The position numbers and the translations under genes were made by a program. A stretch of DNA of 64,000 bases from Calcarisporiella thermophila CBS 279.70. Lineage: Eukaryota; Fungi; Calcarisporiellomycota. Shown in pieces: positions 1-13,497 of the stretch; within the stretch, counting starts at the first letter, position 1; every line of letters starts with the position of its first letter. Where the stretch lies: contig NW_027192202.1 of the NCBI RefSeq assembly GCF_041956535.1, positions 666,870-730,869 of the forward strand, in the 5' to 3' direction. Below the pieces are notes generated by a model. The model was not told where the DNA came from, made no database searches, and saw nothing but the letters and a program-made list of their open reading frames with translations.

Positions 1-29
1 TATCTTGAGCACACGAAAATTCTATCGAA

Positions 30-103
30 GTTTTCGTGGTGTAGTTGGTTATCACGTACGCCTCACACGCGTAAGGTCTCCGGTTCGAACCCGGACGAAA
101 ACA
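30..103 (+). tRNA. tRNA-Val(CAC)
   Basis: Acceptor stem GTTTTCG/CGAAAAC, anticodon arm TACGC-CTCACAC-GCGTA (CAC at 64-66), T-loop GGTTCGAACC, followed by a TTTTT Pol III terminator at 104-108. Confidence 0.96.
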
Positions 104-1215
104 TTTTTCACTTTTTTTAAAGTGCATGAACCATATATTTATCTTTAGAACATTTTACTCGAATTTCCTGACGCGCACCTGCTGACTATGGATCGACTCT
201 GAAGCTGAACAGCTAGCACATAGCTCTATATGGATTATTAGTGTTGTTATAACTTCCTTTTAGGATGTCGAGCTATGTAAAAACATCTTTGCACCAGCAT
301 TTGATTGGAATGGTTAATATCTAGTGCATCCAAAAGCCGGTCGTTAGTTTTTGAATATTTTTCCGAGGAATCGTATTCGACAGAATCATATTTTGAGATA
401 CCCCGAAATTAGTAGCTTGCATTTTCTTCATATGACTTCTGCATCCTGTGTCTGCCAATCTTCACCCCCAAAAATACTGCATCCTCCAACATACGGAATT
501 TATATTACTTCAATACCCAATGGGAATATGAGGGAAAGACTCAATAGTGGCGAGGATAAAGGCTTCAAGGGTGAAGCTGTGTTTGTAAAGAATAGATAGA
601 TTTTATCACAACCTATTGGCTAATACGATAGCCAAACGCGCAGAGAGCGGCACTGGTTGAAGAGCAATTTAAATATCAAAGGTTTACTTTTTTTCGCTCT
701 ACGTCATTGGTATAGCATTATTGTTTTCACGGGCACTTCCTTCAAGACGGATTTCGGTAGAGAAATTAAGGTGAAACGCGAGCGTTATGGAGGTCAAAAT
801 TAGATACATCCTTTAGAGCGTATATCATCATATTCTTTAGTTTTTCTTTTATCTATATTTGAAGTGCCTTAAGATAGCAGATCTAACTAGATTGCTAGTA
901 CATTGCACTGGACAATTTTTATGAATTGTCTAAAACGATGAATCTTATAATGGACCGTAAAGCTTAAAGAGCACAGCGAAGAGTGAAAAAGAAAAGCTTT
1001 TTATTTCCTGTACGAGATCAAAAGAAAAAAAAGTAGGCTAAAACAAATAAAAAAAGAGACTTAAGCAAGAAAAGTTAAAACCGAGAAACTTTAAAAAGAA
1101 GAAGTATAAATTTCTCATACACACAAAAGAGAAAAACAGAGCCCTCTAAGCACACACACACCCCCGCTAAATAACAGACAGCAACTCCACCTGGAAAGAT
1201 GGGAAATCCAACACT

Positions 1216-2006
<791 letters not shown>

Positions 2007-2578
2007 TATGAATTATCTAGAATTTTAGATCTTTCACAAATCTACAAGCCAAAAAATGGGTGAACGCAACAGCAGTAACAATAGAAAAAAAGGGAGTGGA
2101 AAAGTGAGGATAAATTGAATAGGGTACCTATGAAATTTGATATAGTCGAGGGCAGGCTTTCCCCCCTTATTTAATTCATTGCGCAGCAATTTATTTTGCG
2201 AAACACCCGATTTTCTTTAGAGACACATAGGTTATAGGGAGGGGGGGGTCCAAGAGATCCACAAAATTACAAGTTTTATTTGTTCCTAATCCTTTTATCC
2301 TTACTCTATCATTCTACTGTACTCCATTCATTATTTCTCTTTATATTTAGAAAGGATTTGTACTTTAGTGTATGCTTGACTTTTCAGAACAACTCCGAGC
2401 TTTTTTCCTGGCATTCCAATCCATCCTCCTATATCAAACTAGGAGACCTGGCGTCTCATACCTAACATCTCTCCATTATTAACTGTTACATACCCTCCTC
2501 TTCAATTTTCCTCGCTCTCGACAAAACGCATTGACTACTAGGCGAGAGGCGAAGAATTCCGCAGATAAATTCGCAGTC

Positions 2579-4291
2579 ATGCCTTCTCCCCAAAATCCCT
2601 CCATCAGCACCAAACCACCCTCTGCCACTTCTTCAGCCGTGCCAACCCCCTCTTCATCACACAAGCTTAAGCATCTTCTAGATGCCGCACATAGTAAAGC
2701 CCACATGGCTGTTCTTCTAGATGAAGCACATAGATATCAAGAGGCAGTCAATGTATACCGGGAGGCTGTTGCCATGCTCGCACATCTTGTCGATGTAGCT
2801 ACATCGTCCGGTCACCGCAAAAAATTAAGGCACATAGTGAGTGGCTTGATCGCTAGCCATTTCTCGAACGTCAGATGCTAATGATTTTAATATTGCCACT
2901 TGATACCTAGCATGATACCTACGAGAGGCGAATAACTATATTACTGGACGCCCTGTCGTCACCGACCGGAGTGGACCAACATGGGGATAACGGGAAACTC
3001 TCAAGGAGTGAAAATCTGATGACTCCAATGAGCCCTGCTTCCAATATCTCCTCGTCGCAAAATACCTCAACTCCATCCGAACCATTATCCACCGAATCAG
3101 TAGCTGGTGTCCCCAATGTCGAGAGTGGCCGTCTAGAGGCTAGGCAATCTCCAAGCATGGCTATTTCGCCTCTACCAAAACCCCAGGTAGAGTGCATATC
3201 TCCAGGGTCACAATCGCCTACAGAGTTGGCTCCCCCACCTTCATACCCCCAACCGTCCTTGAAGCATTCATCCATGTCTAGCATCGATTCGCTCATGTCA
3301 TCATCAACCATAGCATCTACTTCGTCTGCCTTGACCTTTAGATTGAGATCCGGGTCCGAGGAGGTTTCGGTCAAATCACGTCATCGCAAGAAGGAACCAC
3401 CCACCCTCTCCTCCGCTCCGGCACGAGAGCAACCGGCACCCTCTTTGTTCCAAATGGAGAAAGAGGACGGGCAGGAGAGCGGGCGTCCAATAGCCACCCC
3501 GTCCACACCATGGATGTTTGCACCGATGACACCCAGTCATGGCGAGTACTATCCAATGTCTCCCCAATATCCGGTAGAAAAGCCCCCAAGAGACATCTAT
3601 CAACGCTCGTTTTGGCTGATGCGGAATTTAGAAAGAAGTATGCGAATAGGCTCGTATGTGAGCGGAAGGCTCTATATACCGCGAGGGATTTGGTAAGGCG
3701 GTTAAATTTCGATGCATCGAGAGCTATAGGAGCTTATATGCTTATTTTGGTTTTTTTTTTCTTTCAAGGCTTCAATCGAACATTCGGCTCCCAAACCTTG
3801 AAACCAAAATACAACTCTGTGAAACCATTGGCGAAGCCCTTTCTCGGTTGGCGCAGTGGGAGAACCTGAGTGATATGGCAGGGATGCTACATGAATTAGA
3901 GTCCGTTCATACCGCTCTGGAAACGGCGCAGTCGATTCTTACACGGAAGCTTGGAGTGCGGCTGGATTCTCTCGCCGCCAAGGCTGATGAGAGTAACAAC
4001 GCGATCGTGGAGGTGGGCAGCGCTCGAGGGCGAAAATCCTCGATCATTGCTTGGGGCTCAAGGCTTTCGCTCTCTATGGACAGGATGCTCTCACGCTCCA
4101 TCCAGGATTACGTGGAGGGGGTGATGAAAGTGTTTGCGCTGGCGCAGCGCTTAGAGACGTGGCCACGATGCGACGCCCTCGTTAGCTCACGGCTGGAGCA
4201 ATGGGTCCAGGTGGTTGGATGCGGGTTGTGCAGCATTGTTGTGGAGGACTTGAGTCTGTTAGTAGCCAAATGGATTAAAAGAAGCGAGTAA
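2579..4291 (+). CDS. MIT-domain protein (2 introns)
   Basis: N-terminal AHMAVLLDEAHRYQEAVNVYREAVAML...HDTYERRITILL fits an MIT three-helix bundle. A Ser/Pro-rich linker and helical C-terminal region follow. Introns ~2837-2910 and ~3693-3768 join the ORFs in frame. Confidence 0.8.
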
Positions 4292-4436
4292 CTTATTTGT
4301 TACTTTATGATGATTTGTATTCTCGTTATGTGACATTAGCTTTGACTGCAAGAAGACGAGTAAACTGTACTTTATTTCCTTCATAAGTTCGAACCCCTTT
4401 ACCTAAGTATCGGGCACTACAGTGCATTTGCTCACA

Positions 4437-5173
4437 TCAACCATAGCGCAGCCCCACGTAAAAACCCGCAACAAAGCTCCCCTTGAACTGGAAGTTAACG
4501 GTGAGCAAATCGATCAACCGCCGCAGCAGGCTCCGGACCTCCACCTCCCCCTCCTCGTTTGCCGCCAGCCGTTTTCTGAACAGAGACTCTAGCTTGCCCC
4601 ACTGGACGTTCACCACTCCGTGGTAAGCCAGGATTTGCAGCACCACGAAGCTTGCTCCGACGAAGAGCGCGAATAATTTACCGAGCTTTTTGACCAGATA
4701 TCCAGTGCTAAAGCCGAGCAGCGCACCGAAAGTGATTTTTTCGCGAGAAAATGATTTGGTCGGAGTGTTCAGGAGCTCGTCAGGAGGTAGCGGTTCTGCG
4801 AGCGATTTTTTTGCAGTGGGCGTGGGTTTTGTGGAATACACAGCTAGTATCGATTGGCATCATTATTAAAGGGATCAATGGCATTGGAGTTTAGCACGAA
4901 TGGCTTACTTGATTGGCAGTAAATCGAGCGATGCAAGGGGAAGATTCCAGCGGTTACTGCTCCAGCAGTGACGATGGGTGTCATGAATGGCCTTAGCGGT
5001 GGTGCAGCCTTGGTTTGCACTACATTACTCGCCATTTAGTCACATTCCATGCGCTGCTGATTTGGCTATATATTACCTGGGGCGAGTTTAGTACGGAATG
5101 CCGGGGCGAAGTGATATCGCGGGACCTGGGATCTCAGGAGTGAATGGGCTCGTGACGAGAGAATGCGTTGCAT
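4437..5173 (-). CDS. FUN14: FUN14-family mitochondrial outer-membrane protein (2 introns)
   Basis: Arg-rich presequence-like N-terminus MQRILSSRAHSLLR. FUN14 core ITFGALLGFSTGYLVKKLGK...LQILAYHGVVNVQW...GSFVAGFYVG. Intron 4844-4908 restores frame. Confidence 0.9.
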
Positions 5174-5424
5174 TGTGGATCTTGCAGAGAACAAGGGTAA
5201 AAGCAAAGAAAGTGGCCAAGAGCAGAAAAGGTAGTTAGGCCTTATTTTTTCATACCCCAACGCCGAGCTCTCCTGTATTGGCGTTATAAGATAATAATCT
5301 CCGAACAATTTTATTACAAGTGCAAAATATGATAAAATGAACAATGCCAGTACAAAAATAAAACGTTGGTCTAAAGTGATTAAGGGAAAAAATAAAGATA
5401 GATAAGCTTCTATAAATGTATGGT

Positions 5425-5649
5425 TTACAATGCTAACAATTCCTCGCTCTCCAGCTTCGGGGATAACGACATCTTAATGACGCGCTCCTCTTTGAGCATC
5501 TCGTCGAATTGCCTTTCTTCTCGCTTCGCCTTATCTACGGTGGGCATTAACCCGGCGCCCGTCAGAAGAGGGTTCGAGAGGGCGTTCTCTAGCCCAATGG
5601 AGGAGCGGCGAAGGAGCTTGTGGAGAAAGTTCTTTTGCTTAGTCTTCAT
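5425..5649 (-). CDS. Small hypothetical protein (74 aa)
   Basis: Intronless ORF MKTKQKNF...EELLAL with an A-rich ATG context, a pyrimidine-rich 5' tract and TATATA ~140 bp upstream. Confidence 0.6.
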   Translation of the reverse strand: MKTKQKNFLHKLLRRSSIGLENALSNPLLTGAGLMPTVDKAKREERQFDEMLKEERVIKMSLSPKLESEELLAL

Positions 5650-6872
5650 TATGGGATTGGAGGAAAAAAGCAAGAGGGAGAATGTACAGCGAGCGTGTAG
5701 AGGAAAGAAGAGGAGGGGGGGGAGGGGCAAGGATGGAGATGGGAATGGGGATGAAAAAGCCAGACGGCGAGAGCCGGAATCCCCGCGCTATATACCTAAA
5801 GAGCTGCAAGTATTTTTAGCACGGCTTCGAAAGCCTGTATCTCGCTCACCCACTTACAAAGAAGGGGTTTTATTTCGAACATTTGGTCGGCTCGCGGGTC
5901 TGCACGACCCAATCGTGCTACGGCCGATTTACCAAGGAATCGAGCAATCCCAGCCGCGGTTACCAAGCCCAGCCCTGTGGGAGCGTAACCCGAGGACGAA
6001 AATAAGAAAAGCCACCCGAAAGCGCCTCTAATGGTAGGTGGTGAGCCCATATTTCCCTCGACAAGGGTGAGTGTGGAACCAGTTAGTGCAAATTCCCCCC
6101 CTGATTTGGAAACCCCTCTTGTTGCACGGGCTCTCCAAATAATTTGGCCCATTTGCGCTAGCAAGCCTTTGGGCAAGAGCCTTAGACATTTGGGTGCTCC
6201 GCGCCCCTAATTCAGTCAGACCCCAGTTTCCGCAAGAAACAAGGCCCTTCGGCGCCGCCTAACCAAGGCCTGTATCACCCCCTAATCAGCCAGGCCAGCT
6301 GCCAGGCCCTGGCGGCGAAGCGCTTAAGTGGAATAGGCATTACCACATGATTATCAAAAAAGGGTAGGACGGGCTGGCTGAGGGTGTTCTCGCGCAGGAA
6401 ATATTACCTCAGTCACGATGGATTGCAGATGGGCCTCAATGGACTCGTATGGTTGGAGTGCGGTGCGTGCAGAGGGAGACCGTATAGATTAAGGGCCGCT
6501 GATTTGGTTAGACAGTGGGGCTGGAAATGAAGAAATGGCAGGGCAAGCCATCCAAAAATTGCGAAAGAGATCTAGCTTACTTGAGACATCGGAGTAACGT
6601 ATCCGAGGTGTTTGTGCTTCGTCATGCTACCTCTCAATGTTCCAAGGCCAAAAAAAATGGATACAATATTTTTTATTCGTTCTTGGCGGGCGACAGAGGA
6701 TTAAGATAGACGAAGAGCAATATATGTATCATTATCTTGCCATTTTCATAATCGTTTTGGTAAAGTTAATGGCAATGACCCTATCAGTAAAGAAAGGCCG
6801 GAAAATCGCAAAAATTAAATTACCTGAGAAAAATCTAAATATTCGACAGTGAAATCCCGCTCAGCGATTTAA

Positions 6873-6943
6873 GCGTCAGTAGTTGACTGGTACAATATTT
6901 CCCTTCCAAGGAAAAGGACGGGGTTCGATTCCCCGCTGACGCA
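6873..6943 (+). tRNA. tRNA-Gly(TCC)
   Basis: Acceptor stem GCGTCAG/CTGACGC, anticodon arm TTTCC-CTTCCAA-GGAAA (TCC at 6905-6907), T-arm CGGGG-TTCGATT-CCCCG, T-runs at ~6964-6974. Confidence 0.95.
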
Positions 6944-7297
6944 GAATACGATGGTCTAATTTCTTTTACTTTTTCATTGCCCGAACGCCTCCTAGTTGAA
7001 GACATAACAAAAGTTACATTTATTGCTAATATTTGGATGCTTTAATAGGGGAAGAAGACACCATAATTTTTCAACGGTTGGTTTCGATTAAGATTGCAGT
7101 AAAGGAGAGAAAAGAGGGAGCGTATTATTAAAGAGAGGAACAGGGTATTGAAGAGTGACAAGGAGCGGAATTAATGCAAGACTATGTAATAGACTATCCC
7201 AAAAGAAAAATAATATATATACTGTAGAATTATATTAAGGATATTATTAAAAATACGAGTATCGGAGCCTATCCCTAAACTTCTCAAAGAAAAAACT

Positions 7298-8917
7298 TTA
7301 CATTGCCAGTATCAAAGGCTGTTTTTCCTTTCGCTGTAGTTGCTCAAGCACCAGGCCTTCCAAATTGCCACAGCGCTCACGCAGCTCTTGCACTTCGCGC
7401 TTCAGCTGATCTCGTTCTACAATAAGCTCTCGGATCTTGCGGTAGGCAAGGGCCGACAGGCTTTCGAACTTGTCACGCGAATCGCGCATCGCTGCAAGTA
7501 GGCGACGGCGAGACCGTTGGTGGGAGGCAAGCTGAAGCTGGGTCTCGTGGAGTTGGGCGGCTAGATCCTGTGATTTGCTAGCAAGGGTGTCGGCCGAGGT
7601 AGAGGCCGGTGATGGGAGTGGGCGAAGAAGCTCGATGGAGTCGTCGGCAGTCAGGGTGGTTGCCGTATTGGTGCTTGCGGTGGAGAGATTGAGCGAGGAA
7701 CGCTGCATGATAAGGAACATGGGTGGATGGTGTGTGGGAGACAGGCTGGTTAGATCCCATGGAGTGGTAGCCTGTGAAGCCTTGTGGTGGGTCTCGACTG
7801 TGATGGTTTGGGTTTGAACATGTCGCACACGAACCGTGACTGTTTTGGACGTGGACTCGGCCCTTGCTGCCTCCCCACCTTGCTTGTCAGGTAGTGCTCG
7901 AATGCTTTGTTCGAGATGCTGAACATGCTCCTTCCCTAAGCCTTCCTGGGCAGATTCATTCTCGGAACGATATGGCCGTACACGCTCAGCTAAAGCATTC
8001 TCATCCGGGTCCAACGGCTGGTTGTTGGCTCCTTCACCCTTCCCAACCTCTGGTCGCCAATTAGCGCTTTCTGGGTCTTTAGAGCCCACGGCTTCAGCAG
8101 CCCTAGTTGCTATATTAGAATTAGATACAGCATCTATTTCTCCTGAGTTAGCACAATGGAATCCTTCATTCGAGAGAGGCCGTGAGAATTTTTGCCCACC
8201 TTGTCCATTTACTCCCTGTGCTATTGATATGTTTAATCCGGGCATCGAGTTACGATGGTTCAATACTCCCGAGCTGGTGTCGGTTGCGGCCGACTGCATC
8301 ATCGTGCTATGTGGAGGAGATAAGGGCGACAAGATACGTCCAGCTGCCGCTACGTCGTCAAGGATCGAGAAATTGCCGGTGTCAACTGTAAGCACTCCTG
8401 GCGTCACAGTTGTTGAAACAATTGTCTCGGCGAGAATGGATGAGTCGCGCTTCATTAGGCGTGGCGTAACAGTCGGTGGAGGGGGTCGGGCTGGAGGTGA
8501 GGTGGTGGAAAGCGGGGTGTAGTCTGTTAGAATCGGGGTGTGCTTCTTGGCGCCAATATTCACGGCAGTTCCATTAAGTGAATTTTTGGTATTATAAGCG
8601 CTGTTTGACAAAGCGGGACGAGCTGGATTAGGCGAGGGGAGAAATGGGCGCTCTTCGGCAGCTACCTGGCGCTTGGATAACTGCTTGCGCATAAAGAAGA
8701 TGCCACGCTTCTTTTGCGATTGCTTTGATGGGATTGGGTCGGGTTCATTGAGGAGCTCTGGCCCTGTGGTAGCAAGGAATTCGGCAAGGCGTTGTGTGTT
8801 TGTGCGCGGTTTCCTGGAGGTGGTGGTGCCGGAGAAAAAGTCATCACTGGAGTCATCGGAGTCTTCGTAGACAACGGTGAGCGGACTCTTTGGAACAAGC
8901 TGGGTATGTTGTGGCAT
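7298..8917 (-). CDS. Hypothetical disordered protein with C-terminal coiled coil (539 aa)
   Basis: Long intronless ORF, Ser/Thr/Pro-rich, with heptad-rich C-terminus (LAAQLHETQLQL...LKREVQELRERC). Confidence 0.85.
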   Translation of the reverse strand: MPQHTQLVPKSPLTVVYEDSDDSSDDFFSGTTTSRKPRTNTQRLAEFLATTGPELLNEPDPIPSKQSQKKRGIFFMRKQLSKRQVAAEERPFLPSPNPARPALSNSAYNTKNSLNGTAVNIGAKKHTPILTDYTPLSTTSPPARPPPPTVTPRLMKRDSSILAETIVSTTVTPGVLTVDTGNFSILDDVAAAGRILSPLSPPHSTMMQSAATDTSSGVLNHRNSMPGLNISIAQGVNGQGGQKFSRPLSNEGFHCANSGEIDAVSNSNIATRAAEAVGSKDPESANWRPEVGKGEGANNQPLDPDENALAERVRPYRSENESAQEGLGKEHVQHLEQSIRALPDKQGGEAARAESTSKTVTVRVRHVQTQTITVETHHKASQATTPWDLTSLSPTHHPPMFLIMQRSSLNLSTASTNTATTLTADDSIELLRPLPSPASTSADTLASKSQDLAAQLHETQLQLASHQRSRRRLLAAMRDSRDKFESLSALAYRKIRELIVERDQLKREVQELRERCGNLEGLVLEQLQRKEKQPLILAM

Positions 8918-9914
8918 TTAGCGCGGTATTTTATAGTTCAGATGCTCTCTACACACACTCGTGGGAGTATACAAGAAATGAGTGATGTGCTCACGCTTTA
9001 AGATTATAAGGAGATGTACTGAAGGGTTAAGGAGAAAGGACAGAACGAAAAATGAAAGGTATCAAAAACAGTAAAAACAAGAAATAAACAGGAAATGGGA
9101 TGAGGAACAAACAATTCTAAGAAAACAAAACGCTCAAAAAAACTTCGACAGGTTTTTGCCTACCATACTAAACTGTGATTGTTAAGCTTACAAATTTTAA
9201 TTGCATTCGTTTCAAGCCTAATTTGAGATGATCTTAAATGCACAGGACTGGTCCCCCCGCCCCCAGCTGCTCACGGACGGCAACTGCACGTCACATAATG
9301 TCAGCACATCATGGCATCCAAAAAAGCTCAGGTCAAGGCTGTCAATGAAAACGTCTAGTGGATGGATAGTCACTACTAACAACGACACGATACAAGTTTT
9401 TTTCTGGTATTGTAAACAGAGGCTGAGGTCAAAGAAGCGGATATCATGCAGTTTTCCTATCTATATCCCGCAAACGATTCTATTGCCATAGGGTAGTTTT
9501 CCCCTCCCCCGAATTCATCCTCACCGATGGCTTTGTAGTATCAAAAACGCTATCTACTCCAAGCAGTCGCACTCTATTCCCTAAACTTTACAAATTCTAC
9601 CAACTCAGCATTGGGAAATTATCTTAATACTGCTTAGCTGCCGATGGATTTTGGCGACCGTGGTAAATATAGCGCATTTATCCAAAATTTATTAAACATA
9701 GTCTTAGATCTGGGCAATATGAAATATGGATAGAAAGTTAAAAAAAAACTAAAGGGAAATAGAGAATAAAAAATTGAAAGTTCGTGAAAAAAAGGAATAA
9801 AAAATAAAATACAATTCCCTCAATGTGATCCTTAGAAATCAGAACTCGAATTGCATTAACAATAAATCAAAAGGACCTCCTTGCACTAAGGGGTGTAAAG
9901 CGCAAAGTCATAAA

Positions 9915-12900
9915 CTATGCGTCAACCTTCTCCTCACTCATATCGTTTTTAGCGCTACGATCTACCGTTGTCTTCGGCATATTTTCCATTGGGTTGGGCC
10001 CACCGACTTCTGCTGGAGGGGTGCGTCGTCTCGTGTTCGCTGAGGCAGCTTCGGCATCAACATTGGCACCTCGTGAAAACGAGTAATTACCGGGAAGCTT
10101 CAGATCGAACCGGGCTCCCTTTTTTGACTCTTCAGATGGAGTCCGCACCTGCGATCGTCCACGTGCGCGTTTTGACTTCTCCCCTTTACCGGAACCATTG
10201 CCGAAATCCGAGCCCGAACGCTCTGCCATATGCAAAGTGTCCTCTGCCTTCTTCCACCGTCGCCACCCTTCGAAATCAATCAAGGCCTGCATGCAGCCCC
10301 ATTCAACGATCTTTCTCTCCAACCAGACTAGCGAAACGGGTTTCGTCAGGAAATCATTACATCCAGCCGCCAGCGCTGCATGTCTGTCAGATTGCAATGA
10401 ACTGGCCGTCAGTGCAACAATGATGACCGGCGAACGGAAAGGTGATGGAGGTATTGGGACACCCTCTGTTTCGGTAGCCGTAGGTTGTTTGGTGGCAAAT
10501 ACTCCGACATCATGATCGCGCTCATAGCGGCGGATTTCTTTTGTTGCGTCGATGCCACTCATTACCGGTAACTGGATATCCATCTATCAGAAAGAGATCA
10601 GATTTGAGCATAAGTTCGTTATGGGAAATGGGAGGTTAAGAGAATATACCAGCACTAGATGGAAACCTCCTTGTTTCCACTTTTCCACCGCTTCCAGCCC
10701 ATTATTAGCGACAGAATACTTGATCTTCCGCTTCTTCATAAAAGTCGATAGAATGGTTTGATTGATTGGGTTATCCTCCACAATTAGTACGTTAATTGGC
10801 GGACTCTTCACAAGATTGTGGATCGGCTTCGGGGGCCCTGCGGGTGGGTCGGTTGCTCGCCGCTCTACCACAGGGTTGGGCTCGAATTTCTGAGGGGGTG
10901 CAGCGTGAGGAGGAGAGGGAGGAGTTTGGGAGGCGGTGTTCCCGGGGTTATTCCCCTTTGAGCCAATTTCCTCCCCGCGTCGAACATCCGACGAAGACCG
11001 CTGACGACGTGCCGGCGCGCTAGGGGATCGCGGTCGTCTTTGGGGTGGGAAATTGAACACGGGAGGACAGCTCGCCGTAGCCTTAGAACTGATATTATTG
11101 GGGTCAAAAAGTACGCCATGAGGTGTGGGAACTCCGGTTGGGGAGCCTACATACAATGGGATTTGGGAGTCTGAGTGATATGCCACCATATTTGGTTTCT
11201 TTGTGCGCTCGAACGCAGTTGCAGCAGCGGGAGATGGGGACGGTAAATGGTAAAAGGGGTCTGACATACTAATCGGCGTGGTTGCAAGAGGGACGTAGTT
11301 TCCATCAGTTGCCAAGTGGTGGAAAGTGGCATATAATGCGGTAAGAATGCGCCGAGGTCCCGCAGGTTTAGGGAGGATTGCAATCTGAATTGGAGTCAAA
11401 CCGGCGGCCGCAACCGACGTTACATACTGCTGGATATCGTACTTGACTTGCTTATATCTTTGAAGAGATGTGAAATAGATGACAGTAGAGTCCACTTTCG
11501 GCCGGGAAGAGATATGGTGATCCCAAGTGGTAGGCAGGGAATAGGAGCGACTTGGGCGTATTTCTTGCTGCTCATGTACAATACGCTCGAGGGTTGCCAC
11601 ATCATCGTCGATTATGATGAATGTCGGTGGATCCTGGGATGGTCCCTGCTTGGCATCATCAATATCACGATCCTCCTTTTGCTGCTGACTTGGTTGGTCG
11701 TGTGTTTTCTTCACACCCTCATCCGAAGTTGCATCCTTGGCAATGCCCTCGGACTCCTCTGATCCTTCTCCGACTGCAAAGTGTGATACATCCAATCCCC
11801 AGATGGCAAGTGAGGTAGTGATGTGTTTAGCAAACACAGACTGAGCTGACGCGTGAAGTGCTACCTTCAATCCAGATACCGACTGTGAGAAGCGCTGTAA
11901 TTCCTCATGTGTTGGCTCGGGCATGGACTTAATGTCAATCCGAGGGCAGTTCTCCAGGGGCTGTATCTCTTCTATTGAGTGGTGCTCTTCTCTAGTTGAA
12001 CCTGACGGCATCTGGAAAGTGACCAAGATATGTTGACGGCCATCCCTATCTTCCGCCGATAGCGTTGCTCCGATATACTTCAGGATATTGGGTAATAGGT
12101 TGGCATTCGGGGAGAGGATTGGGTCAAGGGACGGTGTCTCTGCCAATTGTTGCGATAAGTTAGCAGTAATCTCGAAGGTCACCTGTACGTGGTGGTCACC
12201 AACGGATTCTGAAGAATTGATTGAATCTGAATTTGAGTTTGGAGAAACCGGTTGAACTTGGAGGCCCATCTCTATTGAGGAACCAGGGTTGCAAGAATCT
12301 ATGAGCGTTTTCAATAGCTAAGAGTTATCAGAACATTAGTGGGGGTCGGTCTAATGGATATGGATGGAGAATTCAAATTACATTCATCAGCGCATGTCTG
12401 AGCAACCCTTCATCCCCAATAATATTCGAATGATGCAGCCCATAATCGATGTGATACAGTACCAGCTCTACATCTGCTGCTGATGCAGTCCCGGCAAGTA
12501 AATCGCCCAAATATTGCATTAGCCCACAGATATCAAATTCTTTCTGTACAGTGGTACGCTCAGTCAATTCTTCTTCCCCCAGTAATCGGTCAATGGTGGG
12601 CAAATTGGTTGAGAGATAAGTCACATGTTTGGTGGCCAAGTTGAGTGCAGTGAGAGAGGGGGTGGGTATTAGGAGACCGCTTGCGGCCAGTTGCTCCTGT
12701 GGCTTTAGCAATTGTCTTTTGGGACACACTAATTGCAGAGTGTTGCTGGACAATTCCATGGCGTCGAGCAATTCATTCGTTAGCATTTGCATCAATTGAT
12801 TTTTTCGCGCCGCGCTCCGCGCTGTGATCTGCTTTATCAAGCCATCTGTCTGATCCAGCCTGTGCTTAAGAATCTGACGTCGTTTTTCAACATCGCGGTC

Positions 12901-13497
12901 GTGTAAATGTGAAATGACAAACAGCGCGCCGAACAGTAGCAGCACACCTGGCGGCATCACGCGATGATCACAGGCTGGACTCGTTCCGCTACTTAGTTTA
13001 TGCCATACTTGAAGACCCAATGTGGAAATAGATGAAGTAACTGCCAGCGAACCCGCGAGGAAGAGATTCATGCGCAGATGAATGGCATTATAAGCCATGG
13101 TCCAAGAAAGCCCGCCCCATAATCCAGCAACCCCTAAATAAATCCAGCCTCCCCATCCCCCATTCGTTACTTGGCATTCACTTGCTACCAACGGGACGGT
13201 GGGTAATATTGTTGATAATGATCGCACTATGATAGACGGTAATCGTGTTTTCCATATACTGCTGGTCCCACGAACAAATGCCCATACCGAACAATAGCCA
13301 CAAACAAAGGCAGAAATTCTGCGGATGCCAAGACCAACCAGATCGGGAGGAAAAAGCGTGTGCTCATTATGATCGATGACAGCAGATTCTTCTTCGCGAA
13401 GTATTGAGGCAGCATTTGCTGTAACGGCTTCACCTTTGGTCTTTGCCTTGCCAAAGAACGTGACTCGGCGAGATGGGTCCACTGTGACCGTGGACAT
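9915..13497 (-). CDS. SSK1: Ssk1/Mcs4-type response regulator with N-terminal membrane domain and pseudo-histidine-kinase region (2 introns)
   Basis: Receiver PPINVLIVEDNPINQ...VL|MDIQLP...IIVALTAS...FLTKPV followed by the Ssk1-typical EWGCMQALIDF. Introns ~12318-12381 and ~10585-10649 join three ORFs. Confidence 0.9.

Noticed and set aside
4437-5035. Apparent in-frame stops or frameshifts between adjacent ORFs (FUN14, GT2-like, SSK1 and others)
   Set aside because: All are resolved by canonical introns; no evidence of recoding or an alternative genetic code.
5420-6176. 203-aa (+) and 126-aa (-) ORFs near the small ORF
   Set aside because: They run through purine tracts and promoter-like DNA with implausible composition; the 74-aa minus-strand ORF has better signals.
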